Shown here piece after piece: positions 48,171-48,729 of a stretch of 48,729 bases of DNA. The notes beneath the pieces were generated by a model, which did not search any database, was not told the origin of the DNA, and worked only from the letters and a program-made list of their open reading frames with translations. The number at the start of each line of letters is the position of its first letter. Positions within the stretch are counted from its first letter, which is position 1. The DNA lies in NCBI GenBank assembly GCA_032718475.1, contig JAUCBJ010005728.1, positions 1 to 48,729 of the forward strand, in the 5' to 3' direction. A program made the translations under genes and the position numbers. Source of the DNA: Nemertoderma westbladi (Eukaryota > Animalia > Xenacoelomorpha).

Positions 48171-48729
48171 GAGGTTAGGGCCTACAGCTACAACGCTATA
48201 AGACTGTCTGCTGGTATAGCAACCTATTGTCCAGTTTGGCCTGTCTACCGAATTTGTAGACAAATTTCCAAAATACCTAAGGAGTTGATCTCGAAAGCCG
48301 ATGTCGCCACACTTAAAAAAAGGGGAATTACTGTCGAGAAGTCAAACAATATAATAAACTAATAATAATTAACTTAGAGTTGTCTAGGTATTGGTTGATT
48401 TTTGTGTTGGATAACATTAATATAATAGTAAGTTCACAATTTCGTTTTTCGACCCCCATCAACGCATAATTATGCACTGCAAAAGCGCCACTACCCCCCC
48501 CCCCCCCCTCCTTAATTCAGGGAAAACTAGGCCTTTCAAAATTTTTTACATTTATTTTTACGATTTAATCTAGAGAAGATTTTTTATCATGATTCCAAAT
48601 TTGAAAACCGTTTAGCAAGATCTATCTTACTTCTAGAGATATGGCTGTCAGTCCATTTGACTGTCGGCCTGTCCGTCAGTATGTCTGTCCGTCAATAAAA
48701 TGTATACTGTCTGTCTAAAAATTCTCTAT

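Overview
Eukaryotic (probably invertebrate metazoan) DNA made almost entirely of nested, decayed transposable elements; no host gene is supported. There are three BEL/Pao LTR retrotransposons. Element A (minus strand, <1 to about 17.7 kb; 3' LTR runs off the window start, 5' LTR start not seen) is interrupted by a Kolobok-like TTAA MITE, an unclassified 1.3 kb insert and a piggyBac-like MITE, and abuts a DDE transposase fragment. Element B (minus strand, 22138-46460, about 600 bp LTRs, TGTAT TSD) encodes Gag and protease only. Element C (plus strand, about 27133-44548, about 2 kb LTRs) sits inside the gag of B and carries a 5'-truncated RTE-type LINE in its integrase. Two observations stand out. 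(1) B and C have no tRNA-type (TGG) PBS; the 10-11 nt after the 5' LTR are exact reverse complements of a segment in their own LTR, and A carries the same complementary pair as C, suggesting Tf1-like self-priming in BEL/Pao elements. (2) A and C both carry a homologous non-Env third ORF (about 730 codons in A) between pol and the 3' LTR, with a conserved CxxC...HP...CxxH motif. All alignments were made by eye; no database searches were run.
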